A stretch of DNA of 64,000 bases from positions 1-64,000 of the IMG/VR virus record IMGVR_UViG_3300024999_000035; one strand, written 5' to 3'. Shown here piece by piece: positions 37,649 to 47,015 of this stretch. Numbering within the stretch: position 1 is the first letter of the stretch; each line of letters starts with the position of its first letter. The translations under genes and the position numbers were made by a program. The stretch comes from a virus. Lineage: Duplodnaviria > Heunggongvirae > Uroviricota > Caudoviricetes. The notes beneath the pieces were generated by a model. It worked only from the letters and a program-made list of their open reading frames with translations. It had not been told where the DNA came from and did not search any database.

Positions 37649-38977
37649 TTATTCACCTCCTAATTCCTTGATTACTAACTTACCATTATCTGAGCACAAA
37701 ATATTCAAATAGGGTAAACTCATCTTAATAATCTTAGTTTCCGTATAACTTTCCCCACTATCATCTTTATATTTACTTACTTCTTTTTTCTCAATACTCT
37801 TAGTTCCACCAATAGCAACATGTTTACCAGTACCATCTTCTAATGATATTTCTCCATTTATCATTCCAGATGCTAAGAGATTACTAATTTCTCCTAATTT
37901 TAATGGTTTAGGGACTACTAATTTTTCTTCTCCTAAATCTTTTAATTCTGTAATGCCTTTAACCCATTTCCATATTGAATCATTTTTACTGATATGAGAA
38001 GTTGGAGATTCGATATATTTATTATTTTCTTTTGCTGTATTGTAGTCAATGTATGGATAATTCATTGATTGATATGTGTTGTATTGTGATAATTTAAATT
38101 CTGGTTCAGAGAGAATTATTTCTTTAACTTCATTGTATTGTTTAGTGAAATCCATTGCTTGCATAGTGTTAGAGAGGTCATAAGGAAATCGCTTTAGGTG
38201 AGCTACGAAGACATATTGCTTAAATTTAGCGTATTCTTCTGGATTTGTTTTATAGATTGAATTTTTGAGAATGTCAAAGTTTTTGGATAGAATGTCTAGA
38301 GAATCTAAGAAATCATCTTTTCGAATTATGCAGACGATGTAACCTGTTTTGTAATCTTTTGATGTTGTTGGGTTAAAAATAAGTTGACGGTCAAGTATCA
38401 TTTGGAGATACATTTTTACATTACGTGTATTATTTGTCGAACCATAAGGAGGATTATAAAGCATTAAACTCACTATATTTTTCCCTATATTTAATTCTTC
38501 AAATGACTTATTGTACGAATCATAAATGTTTGGGTTTGATTCAATTTCTTTATGCCGATTTTCTTCGATTTCATTAGCAACAAGAATATAATTATTACTT
38601 GAATTTTTTCTAGGTAAAAATGAAGCAAAAGCGTCTAAAAATAATCCTTCACCAGCAAACAAATCAGCAACCACAATATCATGATTATTATTACTTCCTA
38701 ATCCATATTCACAATTATTTTTTATCATATCATAATCTTTATTATTTAACCACATGTCGTAGTACACATAATCTATTGGGACTTGGTTATCCAAGGCTTT
38801 TACAGCTAATTCTTGATATATTCCTTCTTTTGTATAATATTCTTTAAGATAGTTTTTCTTCAACCAGTCAATTTCTACTCTGCCAAGAAGTCCTAATAAT
38901 CTATGTGCTTCTCCTAAATCTGTAGGATAGTACATGAGTTTTCCTTCAGCAGCTAAACTATTTCCCATATGTATCAA
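37649..38977 (-). CDS. gamma-class N6-adenine DNA methyltransferase
   Basis: Motif I VADLFAGEGLF precedes motif IV NPPYG. C-terminal region presumably the target-recognition domain. Confidence 0.75.
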   Translation of the reverse strand: MIHMGNSLAAEGKLMYYPTDLGEAHRLLGLLGRVEIDWLKKNYLKEYYTKEGIYQELAVKALDNQVPIDYVYYDMWLNNKDYDMIKNNCEYGLGSNNNHDIVVADLFAGEGLFLDAFASFLPRKNSSNNYILVANEIEENRHKEIESNPNIYDSYNKSFEELNIGKNIVSLMLYNPPYGSTNNTRNVKMYLQMILDRQLIFNPTTSKDYKTGYIVCIIRKDDFLDSLDILSKNFDILKNSIYKTNPEEYAKFKQYVFVAHLKRFPYDLSNTMQAMDFTKQYNEVKEIILSEPEFKLSQYNTYQSMNYPYIDYNTAKENNKYIESPTSHISKNDSIWKWVKGITELKDLGEEKLVVPKPLKLGEISNLLASGMINGEISLEDGTGKHVAIGGTKSIEKKEVSKYKDDSGESYTETKIIKMSLPYLNILCSDNGKLVIKELGGE

Positions 38978-39038
38978 CTCGTTTCTTATTTTGTAATTCT
39001 ACAATAATTATATCTTATTGTTTAATAAAAGTCAAATA

Positions 39039-39275
39039 TTATTTTTGTATTTGAGTTTGAATGTAATATTCTAATGACCGACTCATATCCTCTTGAATAT
39101 AATCCAAATATTTCTTTAAATCTTTTACCTCTTTAATTTCTTCATATTTGATATATCTGCAATGATGGTGGTTTAAGTGTTGGATTCTTTTCTCGTATGC
39201 TTTGCTCCACTTTGATTTTGTAAAACCATATGATTTGAGTAGTGATAGTTTTGACTTTATTTCTGAAAATGTCAT
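39039..39275 (-). CDS. hypothetical protein
   Basis: 78-aa ORF. Confidence 0.4.
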   Translation of the reverse strand: MTFSEIKSKLSLLKSYGFTKSKWSKAYEKRIQHLNHHHCRYIKYEEIKEVKDLKKYLDYIQEDMSRSLEYYIQTQIQK

Positions 39276-39310
39276 AATGTTTTGGCCTCCTTAAAAAATT
39301 GACGATAGTA

Positions 39311-39496
39311 TTAGCATTTTTCTTTTTTAGTAGGTTTAGAATAAGTTCCAAATAATAAAATTAACGCTATTGCCAAACGCACAATACCTGAACTAAATGC
39401 AGTAGGAGTAAGATATCCTAAAAATATTATAATTGCATCTATAACATAAAATATTCCTAATGTTCTCATCCCGATATTAACTATTTTTTCAAACAT
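39311..39496 (-). CDS. small membrane protein (2 TM, charged C-terminus; holin-like topology)
   Basis: MFEKIVNIGMRTLGIFYVIDAIIIFLGYL...LAIALILLFGTYSKPTKKEKC. Confidence 0.4.
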   Translation of the reverse strand: MFEKIVNIGMRTLGIFYVIDAIIIFLGYLTPTAFSSGIVRLAIALILLFGTYSKPTKKEKC

Positions 39497-39542
39497 ATTA
39501 TTATCTCCTTTTTGATACTTTAAAAATTGTGATTCATGTTAA

Positions 39543-39731
39543 TTAACCTAAATCTATAATTGTATCCTTAACTTCAATATAAATATCGCTTATGTCAAAT
39601 TTTACTTCCGTTTTACTACCAAAACAATCTCTTGTACGGATACAAACTTCTGCATCACCATTTATAACATTTTGTTCAACTAACCAATATATTAATTCAC
39701 TTCTTAACATTTCTTTCTCCTTCCAAATCAA
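39543..39731 (-). CDS. hypothetical small protein
   Basis: 62-aa ORF. Confidence 0.3.
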   Translation of the reverse strand: MIWKEKEMLRSELIYWLVEQNVINGDAEVCIRTRDCFGSKTEVKFDISDIYIEVKDTIIDLG

Positions 39732-39739
39732 ATAGCATT

Positions 39740-40015
39740 TTATAGAATTACTTCTTCTATCTCTTCAATAGTAATCTTAACCTTTATAATTTTAATGCTC
39801 AAATAATAGTTATTTCTAACCCACCTAAGACCAGATTTAACAGATTTAATATCTTTATATTCGCCTAAAATTCTATTGCCATTAGTTACTTTTATATCCT
39901 TTCCAATTGTTTCATCATAATCCCATTTAAAATCTTCTCCTATAATTATGTATCGTTCTACACTTTCGTTTGTTGATTTGAATTGAGATTGATTTCCTTG
40001 TGGCATATTTATCAT
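39740..40015 (-). CDS. hypothetical protein
   Basis: 91-aa ORF. Confidence 0.4.
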   Translation of the reverse strand: MINMPQGNQSQFKSTNESVERYIIIGEDFKWDYDETIGKDIKVTNGNRILGEYKDIKSVKSGLRWVRNNYYLSIKIIKVKITIEEIEEVIL

Positions 40016-40230
40016 TACTCCTTTCTATCCTTGGGAACAGTGGTTTGAAACTATTTACTCAATAATTGTTAGATTTATATCCCACTTTATTCCTTTGATT
40101 TTATACTTGTAAGTACCAGTAGTTAAACATAATGGACATTGTGAATTTTTATTTTTACAAATATCACATATTGTTGTAGACAAATTATTCCCTCCTCTCT
40201 TCTTAACCAATCAAATATGAGGTTCTAGTA

Positions 40231-40431
40231 TTAAGTAAACATCCAAACCTTTGCATCGCAACTATTACAAGTTATCCAAATTTGATCATGTTCACCAAGA
40301 ATATCAAAACTTCCTAAATTATCTTCTGAGACATACCAACCATCACTTTCGCTATATGAACGCTCTTCTTTGTCTACTGGCCTAATTAGATTTACTTCAT
40401 TTCCGCATGTACTACAAATTATTTTAAACAT
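40231..40431 (-). CDS. small zinc-ribbon protein
   Basis: CSTCG ... CNSCD. Confidence 0.4.
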   Translation of the reverse strand: MFKIICSTCGNEVNLIRPVDKEERSYSESDGWYVSEDNLGSFDILGEHDQIWITCNSCDAKVWMFT

Positions 40432-40459
40432 CTAATCAATCTCCTCTATCATTGGATTA

Positions 40460-40693
40460 TTATTTAATTAATCTTGCTATTTCTAACGACATCTTCATAT
40501 ATTCTTCATCTGCGAACTCACAATTAATTACTGAACCTAAAATATTCATTAAGTATTCTACTTGACTTGGTGTTAATTTAAGGATAGTAAGATAATCTTG
40601 GCAATCAGAATATTTATCAATAATAGGTGAGTGCATACTACAAAACTCTTTAATGCATGGTTTGCCAAACCGTTTACATAAGTTATCAACCAT
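40460..40693 (-). CDS. hypothetical small Cys-containing protein
   Basis: 77-aa ORF. Confidence 0.35.
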   Translation of the reverse strand: MVDNLCKRFGKPCIKEFCSMHSPIIDKYSDCQDYLTILKLTPSQVEYLMNILGSVINCEFADEEYMKMSLEIARLIK

Positions 40694-40749
40694 AATATCA
40701 TTTACTCCTTATTTATCACTTGAAATTCTTTATTCGTTTGACTTATGTA

Positions 40750-41313
40750 TTAAGTGCCTCCTGCAAATTCACCATAGTATTTCTGTCTCATTTCCTCTGC
40801 ATACGCTCCAGCTTCTTCTAATTGATTTTTCTTGAATCTTTTTAAAGTTGTATTTTTACCTTCTACTTGTAACTGTACTGACCAACCACTTCCATCCCAA
40901 CTTACGTTTCTGAACCCCGATTTGTTGTTAGAATTTTTGCTTTTTCGATATACTGAATTTTCCTGATTAGTAATTATCCTTAAATTTTCTTTTCTATTAT
41001 TAAAAGTATCATGGTCAATATGATCCACAATAACCCTAATCTTTTTACTCCCTGTCCTTGTTCCTACTAGAAAAGTTTGTAAACTTATAGTTGAATTTTT
41101 ATATTTATTTCCTTTACCCTTAACCAAGTTAATATTTGCATGAATGTAATATTTTTTATTTGAATAATTAAAATGTGGAAACCAAGTCATATCAAATTCT
41201 ATTAATCTTTGCAAATCTTCTGTGTCAATAACGCAAAACCCTAGTTCTTTCTTTTTCTGAAAATATATTTCAGTAATTTCTCCTTTAATTATGTATTTAT
41301 TAAGAAATGACAA
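40750..41313 (-). CDS. HNH homing endonuclease (HNH_3) with AP2 domain
   Basis: VDHIDHDTFNNRKENLRIITNQEN plus SGFRNVSWDGSGWSVQ...YAEEMRQKYYGEFA. Confidence 0.8.
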   Translation of the reverse strand: MSFLNKYIIKGEITEIYFQKKKELGFCVIDTEDLQRLIEFDMTWFPHFNYSNKKYYIHANINLVKGKGNKYKNSTISLQTFLVGTRTGSKKIRVIVDHIDHDTFNNRKENLRIITNQENSVYRKSKNSNNKSGFRNVSWDGSGWSVQLQVEGKNTTLKRFKKNQLEEAGAYAEEMRQKYYGEFAGGT

Positions 41314-41427
41314 TTAATTATTTTCCTCCTATCTTACTTCCTATAATTGATTCGCGTTATCCTATATCGTGCTTTCTAAAAGTGGTTTATAGCAACGTTT
41401 TCTAGAAAGCACAATACTATATTTTAC

Positions 41428-42144
41428 TTAAAATTTCCTTAACTCTTCTAATTTTCTTTTCTTCAACTTCATAACTTTTTCATCAGCCCTAATATCTGCT
41501 TTCATAAATGCAATATCATATCCTCTTTGAGCATCATATTTATCTTGTGGTAAACACTTAGAAGCACCACGACTACCATCAGGAAGCTCTACAAGCGTCA
41601 ATAATCCTTTTCTAGTAGTCTTGATACCATCAATGATTTCAATTGTCATAAACTCAATTTCTTCTTTGATTACTGGTTTGACAGGTTCAAAGTATGTAAA
41701 GAAATCATTTTCAGATAAACCAAATCCCATCATTCCATTTTTACACATTACAATCGAATCAACAATTTCAGTTACCTCAAATTCTGTACCGATATAATTA
41801 AACCGTGGCAATTCCTTAATTTGTTTAACCTTCATACCAACTTCAATTTTATTTGTATTAATATTTATTTTATTTCCTTCTTTCTCTTCTTTAATTTCTT
41901 GTTTATCATTGATATAAAATTCTAGATTCTCAATCCTAAAAAGTAAATTACCATTTTCATTATCTGTTTCTTGAAAATTTAAGTCATTGTATTGTAAACT
42001 GAATCTATTCCCACTTCCCCAATCAGTTTTTATCATTCCTGTTTTACCTATGTAATTTTCAATACAATTATATTCATTTTTATTCACCCAATTATCAAAA
42101 TTTATTACTTTAACTTTACTTCCAATGTAAGATGAATCTAACAT
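41428..42144 (-). CDS. hypothetical protein
   Basis: 238-aa ORF whose start overlaps the stop of the upstream PcfJ-like gene. Confidence 0.45.
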   Translation of the reverse strand: MLDSSYIGSKVKVINFDNWVNKNEYNCIENYIGKTGMIKTDWGSGNRFSLQYNDLNFQETDNENGNLLFRIENLEFYINDKQEIKEEKEGNKININTNKIEVGMKVKQIKELPRFNYIGTEFEVTEIVDSIVMCKNGMMGFGLSENDFFTYFEPVKPVIKEEIEFMTIEIIDGIKTTRKGLLTLVELPDGSRGASKCLPQDKYDAQRGYDIAFMKADIRADEKVMKLKKRKLEELRKF

Positions 42145-43292
42145 GCTATTTCCTCTTTTCTTTTATTATAAATTTTATTTAGTCTTTCATTGTACTTGTT
42201 GATAACACTTTGTTCTTCTTTGGTTACATCCCTGTTAAATTTTCCTCTAGCTTGAACTACTTTATAATTTTTAATTTCTAATGTAACTAAACTCCTTTCA
42301 ATATTTTCTTTATCCCTTAAGAACAAGATATGCGTTTTGCCATCAATGACATTTTGAATATAACTAGCTACACAATGATTTTGCTGAACAGCTTCATCTT
42401 TAATATCTTGTGTAGTCTTAGGATAAACAATTTTAAACTTATCATATATATGCTCTAGTTTTAGATCAATAACTTTTTTGAAATCTTCTTCTATAAACTG
42501 TTGTTTTAAACGATTATAATTTCGTGTAGCAATCTTATGAGTTGTTAAAAAATTCTTAGGATATTTCTCATACTTTGGACTTATTTTAATCATCATATTG
42601 CAATAATCTAATAATTCACTGACTACAGAATGAAAGTTATCTAAAGCTTCAAATGTCATTAGGTTGTCTATATACTGTAATAACGATGTTGGTTTATAAT
42701 TGTGTATTTTTATTAATTGATCGAATTTGTTTTTACCATATTCATTTGAATACAATATATCTTGGATGTTCATTTTACTTACAGTTGTAAATTCATAATT
42801 TAGTAAATTGGAGAATAAATCTGGATTTTGTTTATAAGAATCAACTAAATCATTATTTAACTCAATATCATGTGTTTTACATATTTTAATCAGATTTTTA
42901 GGTATTTCAGTTAGTTTATATCTTATTTTAGGTTCAATATTTTTTAACCCACAAGCAAAATATTGTTCTAGATATTTATAATTCTCAATTTTGGATAAGA
43001 AACTTCCTACATTTGTAATACGGTCTACCCTGCCACTATTATAATAATATTTTTCCGCATGTGATTTATTAATAAAGTTTCTATCTAGAAAATTTAAGAA
43101 ATTACTGTAATTTTGATCTTGAAATGACTTTATAACTTGCAATAAATCATAACCCCTAAGTTGTGTGCAAATATCTTTTACTGGTTTACCAAGTTTACCA
43201 ATAGTTTCTCCTGTTGATAGATTATATTTCACATTTTTACCATCATCAAAATAAAATACAAGGTATTGATTTTCTTTACATGAAGTTAACAT
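42138..43292 (-). CDS. PcfJ-like domain protein
   Basis: C-terminal QQNHCVASYIQNVIDGKTHILFLRDKEN...LVTLEIKNYKVVQARGKFN matches the PcfJ-like signature as recalled from memory. Confidence 0.45.
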   Translation of the reverse strand: MLTSCKENQYLVFYFDDGKNVKYNLSTGETIGKLGKPVKDICTQLRGYDLLQVIKSFQDQNYSNFLNFLDRNFINKSHAEKYYYNSGRVDRITNVGSFLSKIENYKYLEQYFACGLKNIEPKIRYKLTEIPKNLIKICKTHDIELNNDLVDSYKQNPDLFSNLLNYEFTTVSKMNIQDILYSNEYGKNKFDQLIKIHNYKPTSLLQYIDNLMTFEALDNFHSVVSELLDYCNMMIKISPKYEKYPKNFLTTHKIATRNYNRLKQQFIEEDFKKVIDLKLEHIYDKFKIVYPKTTQDIKDEAVQQNHCVASYIQNVIDGKTHILFLRDKENIERSLVTLEIKNYKVVQARGKFNRDVTKEEQSVINKYNERLNKIYNKRKEEIAC

Positions 43293-43347
43293 ATTTTCCT
43301 CCTATTCTATTAAATTATTTTTATTTTACGTTGAAAGGTAATTTTCA

Positions 43348-43791
43348 TTAGTTTGATAATCTATGATATTCTTCTTGTATGCCTTTCCAAGTTAACCTAT
43401 TTACATCTCTTCTCGCATCATTAAAATCTTTAAAATCAAATATCCCCAACTCCTTTGCTCTCATCCAAACTTTATCTCTAAGATAATTTGCATTTTGATT
43501 AATCGCTCTTAATTCATGAGTATTTGCTGGCTTAGTAAACCCCTGACTATCTAACCCTCCATGACAAATACCTCTATCAAAGAGTTCGCAATTGTACTCA
43601 TAGTCAATCCATAATTCATATGCTCCTGAATAACATTCTGATGATTCATATAGTTTTCCTAAATATTCTTGCTTGAACGAGTCTTTTTTATTTTGGTCTT
43701 CTAATATATGAAAACAAGTATTACAAGTTAATCCATATTCTTTTGAAGAACAATTATTTATATCATAATCTACAGGACATTTAAACTTCAT
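43348..43791 (-). CDS. hypothetical Cys-containing protein
   Basis: 147-aa ORF. Confidence 0.45.
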   Translation of the reverse strand: MKFKCPVDYDINNCSSKEYGLTCNTCFHILEDQNKKDSFKQEYLGKLYESSECYSGAYELWIDYEYNCELFDRGICHGGLDSQGFTKPANTHELRAINQNANYLRDKVWMRAKELGIFDFKDFNDARRDVNRLTWKGIQEEYHRLSN

Positions 43792-43821
43792 ATTTTTCTC
43801 CCTTCTATAATCCTTGGAAAG

Positions 43822-44096
43822 TCAGATTTGATCGTACTTACTTAAATTATCATGCATTATCTTCATAGTTTTTAAATATCCGATAGCTTGCTCTCGACAT
43901 GTGATACATACTTCTTCTAAATCTGTTATCTTGTCATCTTCTTCATAAAATACAATCATATTAATAAAACTTATAATATCTTCTCCGTCCCCATATTCAT
44001 AGCAAAAAGGATTCCCAGTAAAAGTGTGTGAGAATAAATATCATTAAAATTAAATTCCGTATTGAGTTTGTCAATCACAGATTGATATATTGACAT
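43822..44096 (-). pseudogene. small gene split by an apparent -1 frameshift at a CACACAC tract (about 91 codons if fused)
   Basis: Frame A reads MSIYQSVIDKLNTEFNFNDIYSHT... Frame -1 continues ...SHTFTGNPFCYEYGDGEDIISFINMIVFYEEDDKITDLEEVCITCREQAIGYLKTMKIMHDNLSKYDQI*. Both frames read SHT across tctcacacac. Confidence 0.3.
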
Positions 44097-44131
44097 ATTC
44101 TTTGCTCCTTTCTAAAATACAATTAAAATAT

Positions 44132-44431
44132 TCATTTTGTCGGTTTATTTATAAAAGCTTTTAGGACTTCATTAATAGCTATAGTATTATACTCAAAATC
44201 ATCATAGTATAAGTTTAATTTACTTCTCTGTCCTCTAATTGCAAATTCAGGGCAATCTTCATATGTCTCTGATTCTTTTGGTTGTGGTCGCATACTGCAA
44301 ATATCTCCTATGCATTCACGTTTATCTCTTTTACACCAATTCATATTATCTCCTTCCTTAAATACCCTGTCTTTCTTCACATTTATCTTCAAATGCACAA
44401 CCATTACATAACCATGTTTTACATTTATCAC
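44132..44431 (-). CDS. hypothetical protein
   Basis: 99-aa ORF. Confidence 0.4.
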   Translation of the reverse strand: MINVKHGYVMVVHLKINVKKDRVFKEGDNMNWCKRDKRECIGDICSMRPQPKESETYEDCPEFAIRGQRSKLNLYYDDFEYNTIAINEVLKAFINKPTK

Positions 44432-44500
44432 AAAAACAAGATTCTGATGTTAAAGTATTACCACAAATATCACATTGAAAATTGTTTGTATCCCTCATTG

Positions 44501-44761
44501 TTAATCTCCTTTAATTTCCTCTAATTCTCTGATATTAATAAGATTCGATTGTCCTTTGTTATTCATATAATATGCGTTTCCGATTGCACAGGCACTTGGC
44601 TTATCACAATTCCAAAAGAATTCTATTTCTTCATTGTCTTGAAAATCATTTGAGAAATAAATTCTTGTAGTAGGTTGTCTCTTATATTTAGCTTTCGGTG
44701 GGAAATCATATCCATAAACTTTATATAAGTCAATCATTTCTTGTTTTGTTCTTGATTTCAT
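44501..44761 (-). CDS. hypothetical protein
   Basis: 86-aa ORF. Confidence 0.4.
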   Translation of the reverse strand: MKSRTKQEMIDLYKVYGYDFPPKAKYKRQPTTRIYFSNDFQDNEEIEFFWNCDKPSACAIGNAYYMNNKGQSNLINIRELEEIKGD

Positions 44762-44806
44762 TTATAATTACTTCCTTTCATAAGATAAAATGTATCATTT
44801 AACGTA

Positions 44807-45094
44807 CTACCACTCTACCCAAAATTCCATATCATCTTCTTTAAATTCATCATAAATTAATTGTAGTATCTCTCTTTGCCAATCATCTTCATCTAATTTA
44901 TCCAACCAATATTTTACACTAAGATTAACATGGGAACCGTTGTGTACGTTTTCAAATTCTTCGTCTAGCAACCAATGCCAAAAATCTAAATACGGTGGTT
45001 CTGGATTATCTTTTAACCATTCTCCATATCTTTTTCCCTGTTCATGTATCTCTTTAAATCTAGCATCGTAATCTTCTTTTGTTATTTCTATCAT
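44807..45094 (-). CDS. hypothetical acidic Trp-rich protein
   Basis: 95-aa ORF. Confidence 0.4.
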   Translation of the reverse strand: MIEITKEDYDARFKEIHEQGKRYGEWLKDNPEPPYLDFWHWLLDEEFENVHNGSHVNLSVKYWLDKLDEDDWQREILQLIYDEFKEDDMEFWVEW

Positions 45095-45730
45095 TTACCC
45101 ATCAATATTTGCTTTATAAATATTACCTGGACATATAGGATAATTAGGAGGTGACTCATTGACTAATTTTAACCATTTTGGGAAATGTTTACTAGAACTT
45201 GCATAATCTCTTATTTTAATATCATATTTCTTTTCTATGTAATCAATAACTTCATGATAATCATATATTGGTTTTCTAATAATTTTATTAAATTTATCTA
45301 CAGTTGAATCAATTTGCTTCTTAACTTCTACATCTTTTAACTTTTTATTTTCTTCGACCTTTTTATGATGTAAATCTATTTTTGATTTAAGATCATCTAG
45401 ATAATCAGTAATTAATTGCACCCAATTACCATCGTGTATCCAACCATAATATTCTGTCCATCCATTTTGACCACCTAAAACACCATATACTTCAAAACGA
45501 TTATTAGAATTAACTAATTCTTTATCGGTCAAACCATGTGTATGTTCAACCAAGAATATTCTAAAACATTTTCCTCTTGCATGGTCACTTAATGCATATA
45601 TGATATTACCATTAATATAACATTCCTTACCTAATCCCCATGCATCATCTCTATTTAATTCTCTCAAATATCCTATTTCTAATCTTTTAGCTTCTGAAAT
45701 AATTTTGTAGTATTCTCTTGCTCCATTCAT
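45095..45730 (-). CDS. hypothetical protein
   Basis: 211-aa ORF. Confidence 0.45.
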   Translation of the reverse strand: MNGAREYYKIISEAKRLEIGYLRELNRDDAWGLGKECYINGNIIYALSDHARGKCFRIFLVEHTHGLTDKELVNSNNRFEVYGVLGGQNGWTEYYGWIHDGNWVQLITDYLDDLKSKIDLHHKKVEENKKLKDVEVKKQIDSTVDKFNKIIRKPIYDYHEVIDYIEKKYDIKIRDYASSSKHFPKWLKLVNESPPNYPICPGNIYKANIDG

Positions 45731-45968
45731 AATTTTAATACTTCCTTTCTAATTTAGCTTCAAATGTTCTTTTCAAAGCATTTTAATTTCTTCTATAATC
45801 TGTGGTATAATTTCAGTTTGCAATAATTTGATTCTTTCTTTTGCACACTTTTTACAAGCATAATCACCTATTAGATAAAAACCAAAATCAATTAATTTAT
45901 CCCAAGATTTGAATTTACCACAATAAGAACAATGACATCCATCCATTTAATCAACTCCTTCTATCTAA

Positions 45969-46295
45969 TTAATACCAAATTATATCATTTGATCTAGCAT
46001 GTCTTATAAATTCAATCAATTTCCTATTTCCAATTTCTTCCTTAACAAATTCACTAATTTCATCTTTAGTATAATATTCTTCTGCTGTTTCAGGATTATC
46101 AACTTTAGCACACCATTTAGGATTTGTTAATGAATCTTCCATAGTAATACCTCTACCAAATATTCTTGCCCATTCATTGAAATCTGGATTGTTAGAATCC
46201 ATACAGTGACCACTTACATGATCTAGTTTATCTTGTGGAGACAATCCCGTTAAATCATCCTCTGAGTAAAATTCACACTCTATACAAATTGTCAT
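45969..46295 (-). CDS. hypothetical protein
   Basis: 108-aa ORF with RBS AGGAGG. Confidence 0.45.
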   Translation of the reverse strand: MTICIECEFYSEDDLTGLSPQDKLDHVSGHCMDSNNPDFNEWARIFGRGITMEDSLTNPKWCAKVDNPETAEEYYTKDEISEFVKEEIGNRKLIEFIRHARSNDIIWY

Positions 46296-46493
46296 TATTT
46301 ATCCTCCTTTATTTATTTTTTATCTTGTCAACCCATAATTTGAATTAATCTAAAATACAAACACTAAAGATTTGCACTGAGGACATTTGCATTCTTCACC
46401 TGACACAGCATAAAACAATGCTTCGCACTCAGCACATCTTGTTTGTACATATACCATATTTTAATTCACTCCTTTCTTGAAATACTAGAAAAG

Positions 46494-46715
46494 TTAAAGT
46501 TTAAATCCCATTTTGGTTTGTATAATAATCTTTTTTGCTTCAGAGATTGCCTTTTGATATCCATCATCATAACTTGGTAACTTTCTAATATCTTCTTTTA
46601 TGTATCCTAATGCGTCTAAAATACTAATTGGATCAATTGTTTCTCCTCTTCTAACTAAGTCTAAAACTTGTTTCATATAAAAGTCCACAGTTTCTAAAAC
46701 TTTATCTTTATCCAT
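46494..46715 (-). CDS. hypothetical small protein
   Basis: 73-aa ORF. Confidence 0.35.
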   Translation of the reverse strand: MDKDKVLETVDFYMKQVLDLVRRGETIDPISILDALGYIKEDIRKLPSYDDGYQKAISEAKKIIIQTKMGFKL

Positions 46716-46744
46716 TATTTACTCACCTTTCAACATCTTTTGAA

Positions 46745-46981
46745 TTATCCTCCAAATTGTGGATTTCTTAAATCATTTACATGAAACCAATCCACATCTG
46801 TAAAGAATCCTTTTTCATCCTTATCAAATCCTAAACATATAAATGATTTGAATGTTGTTGATTTGTAATCATGTCTAATTACTTCGCCTGTTTTAGAAAT
46901 ATATTTCTTATGATATTCATGGTTGAAGTTATGTTCGTTTTCTGATGTATTTTCTAGGTTGTCTATTATGTATTTTCGCAT
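46745..46981 (-). CDS. hypothetical small protein
   Basis: 78-aa ORF. Confidence 0.35.
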   Translation of the reverse strand: MRKYIIDNLENTSENEHNFNHEYHKKYISKTGEVIRHDYKSTTFKSFICLGFDKDEKGFFTDVDWFHVNDLRNPQFGG

Positions 46982-47015
46982 GGATTACTCCTTTCTGCCA
47001 AATAAAATAATCCTT

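Noticed and set aside
44086-44125. Plus-strand TTGACA-17-TAAAAT promoter-like sequence near 44091
   Set aside because: There is no plus-strand gene or terminator downstream, and TTGACA here overlaps the reverse complement of a minus-strand start region, so it is likely a chance match in AT-rich DNA.
46311-46330. TTGACA upstream of the gene 45969..46295 as another early promoter
   Set aside because: No -10 element lies at the proper spacing. The sequence 17 nt downstream is the RBS (AGGAGG) itself.
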